From: Malacoraja senta
Taxonomy: Eukaryota
Assembly: GCA_038087875.1 (NCBI GenBank)
Contig: CM075997.1
Location: 1,676,001 to 1,740,000 of the forward strand
Direction: 5' to 3'
Length of the DNA stretch: 64,000 bases
Shown here: positions 37,701 through 51,744 of the stretch, in pieces
How positions within the stretch are numbered: position 1 is the first letter of the stretch
Layout: the number at the start of each line of letters is the position of its first letter
The notes under the pieces: model-generated
What the model was told of the DNA's origin: nothing
Database searches by the model: none
Seen by the model: the letters and a program-made list of their open reading frames with translations, nothing else
Position numbers and translations under genes: made by a program

Positions 37701-40700
37701 AGTCAGTAGCAAGACAATACATGATTACAATCGAGTCATCCACAGTGTACAGACACACGATGAAGGGAATAATGTTTATGCAAGGAAAGTCCGATTATAG
37801 ATCGTCTGAGGGCCTCCAATGCTGTGGATAGTAGCTCAGGACCACTCTCTAGTTGTTGATGGGATGGTTCAGAATAAAAAGACGTACTATTAGAATGGAG
37901 AGGAGGGAGCGATTTCTTTAGCCAGAGGGATCTCCGAATCTTAGGAATTCATTACCACAGACGGCGTTGGAGGCCAAGTCATTGGGTATTTTAAAGGCAG
38001 AGATTGATGGGTCCTATTATTATGGGTGCCAAAGGTTACGGGGAGAAGGTAGGAGAATGGGGTTGAGAAGGTCAGCCATTCAGTCTGAAGAAGGGTTCGG
38101 GCCCGAAACGTTGCCTATTTCCTTCGCTCCATAGATGCTGCTGCACCCCGCTGAGTTTCTCCAGCACTTTTGTCTACATTCAATGGCGGACTAGACTCGA
38201 TGGGCCGAATGTCCTAATTCTGCTCCTATGAGTTCTATGCACTTATGAAGCTGGGAAGAAACTGTCCCCGAATCTGGAGGAGGCGTGCGTTTCCACCCAT
38301 GCCTTGTAAGGGTGCTACTGAAATGGTTCATGTTAGCTGCCCCAATCCCGCAAGAGGGTAGCGGATGGATGAGGTTGCTAACGAGAATTCACTAATTGAG
38401 ACAGGGAAATGAGAACTGGAGTGGAAAGTTGGAGCCCTGCTTCGTGCTGTGGTGTTCACAGCACAAACATATCCAGACACACGACTGCTACCAGCCCTTT
38501 TGGGAACAGTGTCCCATTTGGACGGTAGATTTTTTTTTCATTGTGCAATCTTGGAGGCAATCATCTATATCTGTAGCAGAAGCCAACAAGACAACAGAAG
38601 GGGTTTTGAAGAAAGGGTATAGAGAAGATTTGAGAGGATATTGCCAGGACTAGGTCTGAGCTATGGGCAGAGGTTGAGAAGGCTGGGACTCTATTCCTTG
38701 TAGCATAGATGAGGGGTGATCTTCTAGAGGTGTATAAGATAATGGGAGGAATAGATCGGGTAGATGCACAGAGTTGCCCAGAGTAGGTGAATCGAGGACC
38801 TGAGGACATAGGTTTAAGGTGCAAGGGAAAAGATTTAATTGTAATCTGAGGGGTAACTTTTTCACACAAAGGGTGGTGGGTGTATGGAACAAGTTGCCGG
38901 AGGAGGTAGTTGAGGCAGGGACTATCCCAACATTTAAGAAACAGTTAGACAGGTACATGGATAGGACAGGTTTGAATGAATTAATATGTTTATTGGCCAA
39001 GTATTCACATACAAGGAATTTGCCTTGGTGCTCCGCCCGCAAGTGACAACATGACATACGGTGACAGTTAGGAATGACACATAAAACATTAAACATTATT
39101 GATTAAACATGTAAAATACCGGAGCAAAAGGAGGCTACAGATTTTTGGTTATTGAGTCGAGGTTTGGAGAGATATGGGCAAACTGCTGGCAGGTGGGACC
39201 AGTGTAGCTGGGACATGTTGGCCGCTGTGGGTTAGTTGGGCCGAAGGGCCTGTTTCCACACTGGATCACTCTGTAGACACAAAATGCTGGAGTAATACAT
39301 CGAGACAGGCAGCATCTCTGGAGAGAAGGAATGGGTGACGTTTCGGGTCGAGACCTTCTTCGACTGAGAATCAGGAGAGGGGGAGACTAGAGGTATGGAA
39401 TGTATGGTGTGAAAAGAACAGATCTCAGCAGATCTCAGCAGACAATGGTCAAGAAAATGTAGGTTGGTTCATTGCGGAGGGGAAGGTGACCAGGTACAAC
39501 CAGTAAAATTAATCAGGACAGTGAAACTAGTCGGAGAGCTAGGGGTGGGGGAGGGACGGAGAGAGAGGAAAGCAAGGGTTACTTGAAGTTGGAGAAATCA
39601 ATATTCATTCCACTGGGGTGTAAGCTGCCCAAATCCTTGAACTCGGCCAGCAATTCCTTTGTGCCAGAACTCCAGGGCTGCTTGGCTTCATCTGACATCT
39701 TGTGGCCATTCGGGGTATTGCACCTTGCTTGCAATCTGCGGCAAGGAACTTATGGCCCTGTCCCACGGTGCGAGTTCATTCCAAGACCTCTCCCGAGTTT
39801 AAAAAAAAATCAAAACTCGTGGTAAGCACGGAGAATGAACGTAGCGGGTACGTCGGAGCTCAGGGACGTCTCTTAGCGGCTCGTAACGCTAACGGGCAGG
39901 TACTCGGGAAGACTCGCTAACGGCAGGTAAGCACGGGAAGACTGGTGAAGATTTTTCTACATGTTGAAAAATGTCCACGAGAGCCCCGAGTACCGACGAG
40001 CGGCCATTACCGTAAATCTCCGAGTTCGAATCAGGGCAAACTCGGAGAGCTCTTGGAATGAACTCGTACCGTGGGACAGGGCCATAACTTGAATTTGTTA
40101 TGGAGGGGAGGAGGGAGGGGGGGGGGGGGGTCACAAACGGCTGCAGATGCTGAAATCTTGATCAAAAAACAATCCAGGCAGCATCTGTGGAGGGAAAGGA
40201 CAGACGACATTTCGTGTCAGAACCTTCCTTATTTGAAATAATCTGTTTTTCATTATTTATATCAGTGGTTCAATGGTACTTTATTGTCAAGGTACCTAGG
40301 TACAAACTTTTGTTGTTGTTGCGAAAACGCACTCAGTTACAGGGTTAACGTACAAACGTACAAAAGACGCCTTCCAGAGGTGCCGCAGAGGCACCAAGGC
40401 CGGAGCCTCGGTGGGCTGACGGTGGAGCCTTGGCGGTTGGCGGTGGAGCCTCGCCGGTCGACAGAGCCCGCGGCCATCAGTGCCTGAGTCGACGGAGCCC
40501 GCGGCTGAGGCCTGGGTCGGCGCCACGGAGGTGTCCGGAGAGGGCTCGGCAGCGATGGTGGAGAGGTCGACGGTGGCGCCGACCGACGGACGAGGACGGA
40601 CACGTGGAAGTGAGGACGCCGCTGCGGAAGAACGGAACAAAGGAGGAGCCGGCGTGGGGCCGCTGCCGTGAGGGAGGGGGGGGGGGGGGAGAAGAACTGC

Positions 40701-43700
40701 ATGGCCGCAGAAACCAAAGTTTAACTTGATTATTTAACATCAACCTGCCAAAGGGACTAAAGATGGAAATTAGCTACTGGCTATAATCTTGCATATTTAC
40801 ATGTAATGTTCATCAATGTGCACTGTCCCTGTTTAAAAAATAAAAAATAAATAAATTAAAAACCTGACGGGGGGTTGTAACTTTGTCACCCCCCTTTATG
40901 GGCGACTATTTTCATATCTCGGGTAAGCAAGCAAAGAATAAAGTATTCAATTCAATTCTACTCCATACAGACAGCACCCAAGGTCAGGATCAAACTCTGC
41001 GCTGTAAGGCAGCAACTCTGCAGCTCTGCCACTGTGCATTGGAGCCTCGCAGGTAAATGGGACCAGCTCGGGAAAGCATGGACAGGTTGGACTGAAGGGG
41101 CCTGTTTCCGTGCTGTGCGACCACATGGCTCTTTCTAGCATTTGTAGCTTTTTAAAAAAAATATTTGGTTCAGTAGTTCTCCATTGATGTTTTGTGTGAG
41201 ATTTTACAGTGTTAAGAGAACTTGCAAGGAGAAATTAGTCTCAGTCGTAGAAAAAGGCCCTTCAGCCCACCAAGTCTCTGCCGACGGTACACAAAAATGC
41301 TGGAGAAACTCAGCGGTGCAGCAGCATCTATGGGGCGAAGGAAATAGGCAACGTTTCGGCACGAAACCCTTCTTCAGACCTCAAGGCAAGTCTCTGCCTG
41401 ACCCTTTGCCTATCTACGCCAATCCCATGTACCGACATTAGGACCACATCTTTCTAAGCCTTGCTATGCAAGTGTCTGTCTGAATGCCTCTTAATCATCG
41501 CGATTGTATCTGAATTATTGGAGACAGACACAAAAAGCTGGAGTAGCTCAGCGGGTCAGCCAGCATCTCTGGAGAGAAGGAATAGATGACGTTTCGGGTC
41601 GAGACGCTTCTTCAGACCATCAGAAGAAGGGTAGTGACCTGAAATGTCATCTATTCCTTCTCTCCAGAGATGCTGCCTGTCCCGCTGAGTTACTCCAGCG
41701 TGTTGTGTCCATCTTGCGTTTGAACCAGCGCCTGCAGTTCCTTCCTAAACATTTAGTTTGAAGTATTAGTTTTGTGAGTGGTTCCATGAAGAAACTGCAC
41801 CTTTTCTTGTAACCACAGGGGGGAGCCCTTGTCCACTATTATGTTGGAACAAAGGCACTCTTTGCTGATAGAGCCATACAGCATGGAAACAGGCCCTTCG
41901 GCCCAACTCACCCATGCTGACCAAGATGCCCCATCTAAACTAGCCCCATTTGCCTATATTTGGTCCATATCCCTCCAAACCTTTCTCCATCCACGTGTCT
42001 GCCCAAATGTCCCTTTAAATTGAAACAAGGAACTGCAGATGCTGGTTTACAAACAAAAAGGACACAAAGTGCTGGAGTAACTCAGCGGGTCATGCAGCAT
42101 CTCTGGAGAACATGGATTGGTGACGTTTTGGGTCAAGACCTGTTCCTTTTCTCCAGAGATGCTGCCTGTCCCGCTGAGTTACTCCAGCGTTTTGTGTCTA
42201 ACTTCGGTTTAAGAATAAGGGGTAAGCCATTTAGAACGGAGACGAGGAAACACTTTTTCACACAGAGAGTGGTGAGTCTGTGAATTCTCTGCCTCAGAGG
42301 GCGGTGGAGGCCGGTTCTCTGGATACTTTCAAGAGAGAGCTAGATAGGGCTCTTAAAGATAGCGGAGTCAGGAGATATGGGGAGAAGGCAGGAACGGGGG
42401 TACTGATTGGGGATGATCAGCATGATCATATTTACTGCTGGCGCTGGCTCGAAGGGCCGAATGGCCTACTCCTGCACCTATTGTCTATTGTGTAAAACCA
42501 GCATCTGCAGTTCCTTCCTACACATTTTACCAGAGGAGGTCGTTGAGGCAGGTTCTATCAGAATGTTTCAGAAACATTTGGACAGGTGCATGGATAGGAC
42601 AGGTTTAGAGTCAAACGCAGGCAGATGCGGCTTGTGTAGATGGGACATGTGAGCAAGTTGGGCCGAAGGGCATGTTTCCACACTGTATGACTCTATAACC
42701 CACTGAGTTCCTCCAGGACTTTGTTTTGTATTTGTGCGACCGATTATATTCTATTTGAAGTTTTAATCCCTGATGCCTTGCAACAATAAACGTATTAAAA
42801 TGCAGATATATGCATAAATGTAAATTATTCATAAATAATTGGTATAAATGTTATTAAATGCTCCCATTAGATTTACTTTCCTGCACCTCGCCCTATTCTT
42901 ATTCCAGTCACCAGCTCAGAGGCTGGCTTGGAATCTGCTGCCGCTGCTAGATGTAGTGTGAGGGCCATCCCTGGAGAGAAGGAATGGGTGGTTTCGGGTC
43001 GAGACCCTTCTTCAGACTGAGAGTCAGAGGAGAGGGAAATGAGAAATAGAAGGGTACAAACAGAAGGCGAGGTGTGAAAACCACAGATCAAGGAATGTAA
43101 GGAATATTCTTTGCACCCTCCCATATCTCTCCATTCCCTCTCCCCCCGACTCTCAGTCTGAGGAAGGGCCTCGAACCCGAAGCGCCACCCATTCCTTCTC
43201 TCCAGAGATGCTGCCTGGCCCGCTGAGTTACTCCAGCTTTTTGTGTCTGTCTTCAGAGTAAACTGGGACTGTCATATGAGGAACTGTCATAGAAACATAG
43301 AAATTACTCGTGGACATTTTTACTCGTGGACATTTTTCATCAGGCTAGAAAAAATGCCCCGACCTACTTGATGCCACGAATACCTACGATTAGCATAGAA
43401 ACATAGAAACATAGAAACATAGAAAATAGGTGCAGGAGTAGGCCATTCAGTTTCTATAAGATCCCCTCTCAATCTCCTAAATTCTAGAGAGTATAAACCA
43501 AGTCTATCCAGTCTTTCTTCATAAGACAGTCCTGACATCCCAGGAATCAGTCTGGTGAACCTTCTCTGCACTCCCTCTATGGCAATAATGTCCTTCCTCA
43601 GATTTGGAGACCAAAACTGTACGCAATACTCCAGGTGTGGTCTCACCAAGACCCTGTACAACTGCATCTCGGGACTGTCATATGAGGAGAGATTGAAAAG

Positions 43701-46172
43701 ACTAGGCTTGTATTCACTGGAGTTTAGAAGGATGAGGGGGGGGTCTTATAGAAACATATACAATTATAAAAGGACTGGACAAGCTAGATGCAGGAAAAAT
43801 GTTCCCAATGTTGGGCGAGTCCAGAACCAGGGGCCACAGTCTTAGAATAAAGGGGAGGCCATTTAAGACTGAGGTGAGAAAAAACGTTTTCACCCAGAGA
43901 GTTGTGAATTTGTGGAATTCCCTGCCACAGAGGACAGTGGAGGCCAAGTCACTGGATGGATTTAAGAGAGAGTTAGATAGAGCTCTAGGGGCTAGTGGAG
44001 TCAAGGGATATGGGGTGAAGGCAGGCACGGGTTATTGATTGGGGATGATCAGCCATGATCGCAATGAATGGCGGTGCTGGCTCGAAGGGCCGAATGGCCT
44101 CCTCCTGCACCTATTTTCCATGTTTCTATGTTAAACCAGCACCTGCAGTTCCAACCTGCATAGACCGCGAGGCCATCTTTCTCCTGATGCTCACCGCTGG
44201 TTTCAGCCGCGGAGCTTTCAACGGTGGTGCAGTCATAGAGTGTGGGATACAGCATGGAAACAGGCCCTTCGGCCCACCTTTGCCCACACCGGCCAACATG
44301 TCCCAGCTCCACGAGTCCCACCTGCCTGCGTTTGGTCCATATCCCTCCAAACCTGTCCTATCCATGTACATGTCCAACTGTTTCTTAAACGTTGGGATAG
44401 TCCCAGCCTCAACTACCTCCTCTGGCAGCTTGTTCCATACACCCACCACCCTTTGTGTGAAAAAGTTACCCCTCAGATTCCTATTAAAATCTTTTCCCCT
44501 TCACCTTGAACCTATATCCTCTGGTCCTCGATTCGCCTACTCTGGGAAAGAGACTCTGTGCATCGACCCGATCTATTCCTCTCGTGATTTTATACAGCTG
44601 TAAATGAGAGCAGTGCTGCTCTCTCGGTAGTCCTGACGGGATGTGGGTGTGTAAGGAATAGGCTGGAGAGGGTTAGAACGCAGGGTCAGGGCTGGAGAGA
44701 GGGTTAGAACGCAGGGATGGGGATGAGAGGATTAGAGTGCAGCGGAGAGCTGTGAGGATTAGTCCCCAGGGCAGAAATCAGCGGGGAGCGTTGGCAGAGA
44801 GAGGAGCTCGCGGTATGTGCAGGAAGGAACTGCAGATGCTGGTTTACACCGAAGAAAAACTGGAGTAACAGCAGGACAGGCAGCATCCCTGGAGAGAAGG
44901 GTTCAAGATTCAAGAGTCAAGAGAGTTTATTGTCATGTGTCCCTGATAGGACAATGAAATTCTTGCTTTGCTTCAGCACAACAGAACATAGTAGGCATTG
45001 ACTACAAAACAGATCAGTGTGTCCATATACCATTATATAAATATATACACACATGAATAAATAGACTGATGAAGTGCAAATAACAGATAATGGGCTATTA
45101 ATGTTCAGAGTTTTGTCCGAGCCAAGTTTAATAGCCTGATGGCTGTGGGGAAGTAGCTATTCCTGAACCTGGTCGTTGCAGTCTTCAGGCTCCTGTACCT
45201 TCTACCTGAAGGTAGCGGGGAGATGAGTGTGTGGCCAGGATGGTGTGGGTCCTTGATGATGCTGCCAGCCTTTTTGAGGCAGCGACTTTCAAGTCTAGAC
45301 TCTTCTTCAGACTGAGAGTCGGGGGAGAGGGTGACTGGAGATATGGGACAAAGAACATTCTTTGACCTGTCGTTTTCACGCCTTACCTTCTCTTTGTACC
45401 TTCCGCATGTATCTCGTTTTTCCCTCTCCTCTGACACTCAGTCTGAAGAAGGGTCTTGACCTGAAACGTCACCCGTTCCTTCTCTCCAGAGATGGACCTC
45501 ACGGTATCTACAGCAGCGGCAGCAGATTCTAACCCAGAGCTGAGATAGTTAGAATGGCAGAGCAGGTCTGAGAGAGGGTTACGTCGCAGGGGAAGAGCTG
45601 AGAGAGACTTAGAGCGCAAGGGTGGGGCTGAGAGAGCGTCATATATGGGCAGCAAGTTTAGTTTAGTTTATTGCCACGTGAGCCGAGGTAGAGTGTAAAG
45701 CATTTTGTTGCGTGCTATCCAGTCAGCGGCAAGACTGTACATGATTAGACAATAGACAATGGGTGCAGGAGTAGGCCATTCGGCCCTTCGAGCCAGCACC
45801 GCCATTCAATGTGATCATGGCTGATCATCCCCAATCAGTACCCCGTTCCTGCCTTCTCCCCATATCCCTTGACTCCGCTATTTTTAAGAGCCCTATTTAG
45901 CTCTCTCTTGAAAGCATCCAGAGAACCCGCCTCCACCGCCCTCCGAGGCAGAGAATTCCACAGACTCACCACTCTCTGTGAGAAAAAGTGGTTCTCGAGC
46001 CGTCCACAGTGTCCAGACTGGCCAGTGTGGGAGTGGGAAGGGGAGTTGATATCCTGAGCAACCAGGCGATCCAGCAGGCCCTGGCAGACCCATGTCCAGA
46101 CCCATATCCACCTATTACCTGCCACGCTTTGCCCTGACCCCTCCGCTCTTCCGGCTTTCTCCCACCTGGCCC
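31779..46172 (+). repeat. Copy 2 of the ~15 kb direct duplication
   Basis: Same order of unique sequence and TEs as 16484-31577, e.g. MITEs at 33937-34266, 35797-36269 and 39753-40084. Differs by substitutions, many 1-nt indels and three larger indels. Confidence 0.95.
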
Positions 46173-46867
46173 ACCCGGTCCTGCAACCCATCAATAGACA
46201 ATAGACGCAGGAGTAGGCCATTCGGCCCATCATCTCCCAACCCGTCTGAAGAAGGGTCTCGACCCGAAACGTCACCCATTCCTTCTCTCCAGAGACGCTG
46301 CCTGTCCCGCTGAGTTTCGCCAGCATTTTGCGTCTATCTTCGGTTTAAACCAGCATCTGCAGTTCCTTCAACACTCAACTGTTTAAGAAGGAACTGCAGA
46401 TGCTGGAAAATCGAAGGTAGACAAAAGTGCTGGAGAAACTCAGCGGGTGAGGCAGCATCTATGGAGCGAAGGAAATAGGCAACGTTTCGGGACGAAACCC
46501 TTCCGGGTTTCGGCCCGAAACGTTGCCTATTTCCTTCCGGGTTTCGGCCCGAAACGTTGCCTATTTCCTTCGCTCCATAGATGCTGCTGCACCCGCTGAG
46601 TTTCTCCAGCATTTTTCTCAACACTCACTCACCTGGTCAGTTCTCACAGGGACACAGCTCCTTGCAGTATAACACGGCGGCCAGCAGGGGAAGGCAACGA
46701 GCCAGCATTGCGGGCAGGGAGCTTCAACTCTCTGTGGAAGTTAGAAGGAACTGCAAATGCTGGTTTACTTAGAAACATAGAAAAATAGGTGCAGGAGTAG
46801 GCCATTCGACCCTTCCAGCCAGCACCGCCATTCAATATGATCATGGCTGATCAACCACAATGAATAG

Positions 46868-47447
46868 GAAGGTACACAAAAGTGCTGGAGAAACTCAGCG
46901 GGTGCAGCAGCATCTATGGAGCGAAGGAAATAGGCAACGTTTCGGGCAGAAACCCTTCTTCAGACTGATAGGGGGTGGGGAGAAGAAAGGAAAAAAGGAA
47001 AAAGGCGGAGGAGGAGCCCGAGGGCTGGGGGAGGGGAGGAGACAACCAGAGGGCTGATGAAGGGGAGGGGACAGCAAGGGCTAGCAGAATTTGGGAGAAT
47101 TCAATGTTCAAGCCCCCAGGATGTAGACTGCCCAAGCGGAATATGAGGTGCATTTCCTCCAATTTACGGTGTTGCTCGCTGTGGCCATGGAGGAGACCCA
47201 GGACAGAGAGGTCAGATACGGAATGGGAGGGGGAGTTGAAGTGCTGAGCCACCGGGAGGTCAAGTTGGTTATTGCGGACCGACCGGAGGTGTTCGGCGAA
47301 ACGATCGCCAAGCCTCCGCTTGGTCTCACCGATGTAGATCAGCTGACATCTAGAGCAGCGGATGCAATAGATGAGGTTGGAGGAGATGCAGGTGAACCTC
47401 TGTCGCACCTGGAACGACTGCTTGGGTCCTTGAATGGAGTCGAGGGG
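46868..47447 (-). mobile_element. Penelope-like retroelement fragment: GIY-YIG endonuclease domain plus 3' terminal region
   Basis: Reads FTCISSNLIYCIRCSRCQLIYIGETKRRLGDRFAEH...PVAQHFNSPSH...RKLEEMHLIFRLGSLHPGGLNIEF. This is a GIY-YIG (LIY...YIG) domain with the two Cys and two His typical of Penelope endonucleases. It is followed by the CTGAAGA...GAAACGTT motif at 46933-46967. Confidence 0.92.
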
Positions 47448-47454
47448 GGCTCCC

Positions 47455-47645
47455 CACATTGAATACCCCGTTCCTGCTTTCTCCCCATATCCCTTGATTC
47501 CGTTAGCCCCCAGAGCTAAATCTAACTCTCTCTTGAAAACATCCAGTGAATCGGCCTCCACTGCCTTCTGTGGCAGAGAATTCCACAGATTCACAACTTT
47601 CTGAGTGAAAAAGTCTTTCCTCATCTCAGTCCTAAATGGCCTACC
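47455..47645 (-). mobile_element. CR1 fragment abutting the Penelope fragment
   Basis: MRKDFFTQKVVNLWNSLPQKAVEADSLDVFKRELD. Confidence 0.85.
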
Positions 47646-48520
47646 CCGAAGAGAGACACAAAATGCTGGAGTAACTCAGCGGGACAGGCAGCATCTCTGG
47701 TGAACAGGGAATAGGTGATGATTCAGGTCAGACTGAGAGTCAGGGAGGGGGAAACTAGAGGTGTGGCAAATTGGAGGAACAGCACCTCTTATTTCGCTTG
47801 GGTACTTTACACCCCAGCGGTATGAACATTGACTTCTCCAACTTCAGATAGCCCTTGCTTTCTCTCTCCATCCCCGTCCCCTTCCCAGTTCTCCCACTAA
47901 CCTGTCTAAGAAGGAACTGCAGATGCTGGTTTAAATCGAAGGACAGACACAAAATGCTGGAGTAACTCAGCAGGACAGGCAGCGTCTCTTATCTGGAGAG
48001 AAGGAATGGGCGACGTTTCAGGTCGAGAACCTTCTTCAGTCTGAGGAAGGGTCTCGAACCGAAACGTCGCCCATTCCTTCTCTCCAGGGATGCTGCCTGT
48101 CCCGCTGAGTTACTCCAGCATTTTGTGTCTACCTTTGTACGGGAAGATGTGCTGGGATTGTCTGGTCCTTTACAGAGAGCCGGAGACACCAAGCACTGAA
48201 GCCTCTCGGTCCACGGCAATCATTGTTTCGTTTAGAGATACAGTGTGGAAACAGGCCCTTCGGCCCATCGAGCCCACACTGACCAGCAATCACCCGCACA
48301 CTAGTTCTCGCCTGTTTCCATGCTGTGAGTTGTATTTAGTTTATTGTCACGCGTACCGAGGTACAGTGAAAAGCTTTTTTTGCTCGCTAACCAGTCAGCG
48401 GAAAGACAATACATCTATAGTATATTTAGCTTAGCTCAGAGAGACAGTGCAGAAACAGGCCCTTCGGCCCACCGAGTCTGTGCCGACCAGCGATCCCCGC
48501 ACACTAACACCATCCTACAC

Positions 48521-49035
48521 AATTATGGGTTACTAACGGCAAATAAACTTATACTTAAATTTTGGAAAAATACACCCATACCAACGCTTAAAATGTGGAT
48601 TTCAAACATGTTGGACACCGCACATCTTGAGGAAATGCGATTCCTCCTAATAGATAAACCAGACCAATTCTTAACGAGTTGGTCTCCATTTGTCGACTTT
48701 TTGGAAGCATATGGTGCAAGAGAATCGTAGAAACCAACTGTTCCAGGACTGGGTGAAGGATGGTCAAGAATATAAATAACGATCTCCTTAATTTCTCACT
48801 CTCTACTCTATCTCTTTCTCTCTTTTCTTTTCTTCACTTTTCCTCTTTCCCCCCTTTTTCCTATTCACACACCATATATCACACGTTTTTCTATCTTTTA
48901 TTATCTATTCTCACTTTTTCTCTTTCATTATTAAAAAGTACTAAGAAACTGTACATAACATGTAACGTGTCAATATGTATTAGGCACCTTGGTGCCACAT
49001 TGCTGTACTCACTTCTAATAAAATTAAAAAAAAAA
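48521..49035 (+). mobile_element. L1-clade LINE 3' fragment with poly(A) tail, inserted in a SINE
   Basis: NYGLLTANKLILKFWKNTPIPTLKMWISNMLDTAHLEEMRFLLIDKPDQFLTSWSPFVDFL resembles fish-type L1 ORF2 C-termini. Pyrimidine-rich 3' UTR, then aataaaattaaaaaaaaa. It interrupts a minus-strand SINE at atcctacac|cacactagggacaat. Confidence 0.8.
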
Positions 49036-49242
49036 CACACTAGGGACAATTTACAATTTTACCGTCGCCAATTAACTTACAAACCTGGAGTGCGGGAGGA
49101 GACTGGAGCACCCGGAGAAAACCCACGAGGTCACGGGGAGAACGTACAAACTCCGTACACACAGCACCCGTGGTCAGGATCGAACCCGAATCTCTGCCGC
49201 TGTGAGGCAGCAACTCTACCGCTGCACCGCCGTGCCGCCCTT

Positions 49243-49810
49243 GGAGTTTATGACAAGCCGGTAGCTTCACGGGTAGCTTTTTAATTCCATATTTATTCCG
49301 TTTATTTCATGTGTCCAAACCCGGATTCGAACTCGTGTCCCTGGGTCAATGATCCAACTCACTGGTTACTACCTCAGTGGTTTAGATACATAGATACATA
49401 GAAAATAGGTGCAGGAGTAGGCCATTCGGCCCTTCGAGCCTGCACCGCCATTCAATATGATCATGGCTGATCATCCAACTCAGTATCCCGTACCTGCCTT
49501 CTCTCCATACCCCCTGATCCCTTAGCCACAAGGGCCACATCTAACTCCCTCTTAAATATAGCCAATGAACTGGCCTCAACTACCCTCTGTGGCAGAGAGT
49601 TCCAGAGATTCACCACTCTCTGTGTGAAAAAGTTTTTCCTCATCTCGGTCTTAAAGGATTTCCCCTTATCCTTAAGCTGTGACTCCTTGTCCTGGACTTC
49701 CCCAACATCGGGAACAATCTTCCTGCATCTAGCTTTAACCACCATGCTACCCTGGGTCAATGATCCAACTCACTGGTTGCTACCTCAGTGGTTTAACCAC
49801 CATGCTAAGA
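49243..49810 (-). mobile_element. SacSINE1/DeuSINE-like tRNA SINE head, partly tandem-duplicated and interrupted by a CR1 fragment (49385-49733)
   Basis: Minus strand reads A-box-like tagcatggtgg, B-box gagttcgaatcc, then aataaatatggaattaaaaagcta, similar to the recalled SacSINE1 sequence. The unit ccctgggtcaatgatccaactcactggtt occurs twice (about 49339 and 49750). Confidence 0.55.
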
Positions 49811-50112
49811 CAGCCTGCAATCAGGGCATTAAATGAAAGCCACGCCCGGATGAGGAGGCAGGAGCTAATGAGGGTAAATTGGGAGCAGGTGATATTGAGC
49901 TGACCCTCGTCACACTGTGGGGGCAGTTTATAGACCAGCTGGTCACAGCTCGGGTCCGGAACCTTCCATAGAGGAGGAAGGACAAGGTAGGGAAACCTTC
50001 GACGACTTGATATGTTGTCAAAAATAGAAAGAGGAAGCTTGTGTAAGTTTTAGGAAGATGAAAGCAGACAGGGTCTTTGAGGAATGGAAAGCGAAGAGGA
50101 AGTCAAGCAGGC

Positions 50113-50425
50113 AATTCTACCTTCAGGTAGAAGGTACAGGAGCCTGAAGACTGCAACGACCAGGTTCAGTAATAGCTACTTCCCCACAGCCATCAGACTA
50201 TTAAACTTGGCTCGGACAAAACTCTGAACATTAATAGCCCGTTATCTGTTATTTGCACTTTATCAGTTTATTTATTCATGTGTGTATATATATTTATATA
50301 ATGGTATATGGACACACTGATCTGTTTTGTAGTCAATGCCTACTATGTTCTGTTGTGCTGAAGCAAAGCAAGAATTTTATTGTCCTATCAGGGACACATG
50401 ACAATAAACTCACTTGAACTTGAAT
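50113..50425 (+). mobile_element. Rex1/Babar-like LINE 3' end
   Basis: Reverse complement of 29950-30260. Confidence 0.75.
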
Positions 50426-51744
50426 TAGAATGGTCAAAAGAGGCCATGGATTGTTGCTGGCAAGTGGAATTAAAGAAAATCCAAGCCTTTTTGTACGTAC
50501 ATTAAAAACCAGAATTACAGGGCCTTCGAGGAATGGAAAGCAAGTGTGTGTAGGATAGTGTTAGTGTGCGGGGATCGCTGGTCGGCACGGACCCGGTGGG
50601 CCGAAGGGCCTGTTTTCCGTGCTGTATCTCTAGACTTAAACTAAACTTCAAAGTGCGTTGCGGAGTGAGTGATGTGGTCAACCAACAGTCTAGAATTTGG
50701 CGAGAATTTGTTTTCAATTTGGCCGCTCGGGGGGGAAAGGAAATGAAAATAAAGAGACAATAAGGATAGCTGCCTGGAGGCATCAGTGCAGCAGGTTGGA
50801 TGGCTAGTGCATGTCAAAAAGGATCAGCTCCCTGAGGGAGAGGGGAAGGAGGAGGGTGGGGGGGTGGGTTATATTCTTAGTGAAGATAGACTCAAAATGC
50901 TGCGGTAACTCAGCAGGCCAGGCAGCATCTCTGGAGAGGCGTTCTTTCCTGCATTCCTTCTCTCCAGAGATGCTGCCTGACCCGCTGAGTTACTCCAGCA
51001 TTTTGTATCTATCGTCGGTGATCGGATGGTTCAGTTGCCTAATGGCAGCAGGGAGGAAACTGCCCCTGAATCTGGAGTTGGGCCGAAGGACCCATTTTTT
51101 TCTGTGCTGTGTGACTCTGCGACTCGAATCCTGTTGGAGGTGGCTGGCTCCAACTTAGACGGATCAGGCTCGCTAAAGACTCATTTATTACCGTAAAGGA
51201 CAGCTGGCTTGAAAAATAATTCCTAAAGACTGGTTGTGAGTGGAGTGGGTTACAGGAGCAGTCCCAATCTATTAAATCATTCATTTACCAAACTAGATGG
51301 AAATTAAAAACGCACACAGAAAATGTGACTGCTATAATTAATTATACTGGACCCAAAAAGTCACCTAGTTCTTCTCTCCACAGATGCTGCCTGACCCGCT
51401 GAGTTACTCCAGTATTTTGTCTCTATCTTCGGTGTAAACCAGCATCTGCAGTTCCTTCCTTCACATTGAATTTTTATGTTTGGTTTCGTTGAGAGATGCG
51501 GGGCAGACACAGGCCCTTCGGCCCATCGCACTAGTCCTATATTATCCTGCACGCTGGGGGGAATTTTCAGAGGGCCAATCAACCTACAGACCCGCACGTC
51601 TTTGGGACATGGGAGGAAACCGGAGCGCCCGGAGAAATCCCACGCAGTCACGGGGGGAGAACGTGCAAACTCCGCACTGACAGTCCCGGGATCACCTATC
51701 TATCTTCTCCAGGGATGCTGCCCGACCCGGACTCGGGTGCTGTC

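Noticed and set aside
46914..47624. 236-aa ORF as a novel nuclease fusion gene
   Set aside because: Chance in-frame join of a CR1 ORF2 end and a Penelope GIY-YIG fragment. No promoter or splice evidence, and both parts occur separately as repeats.
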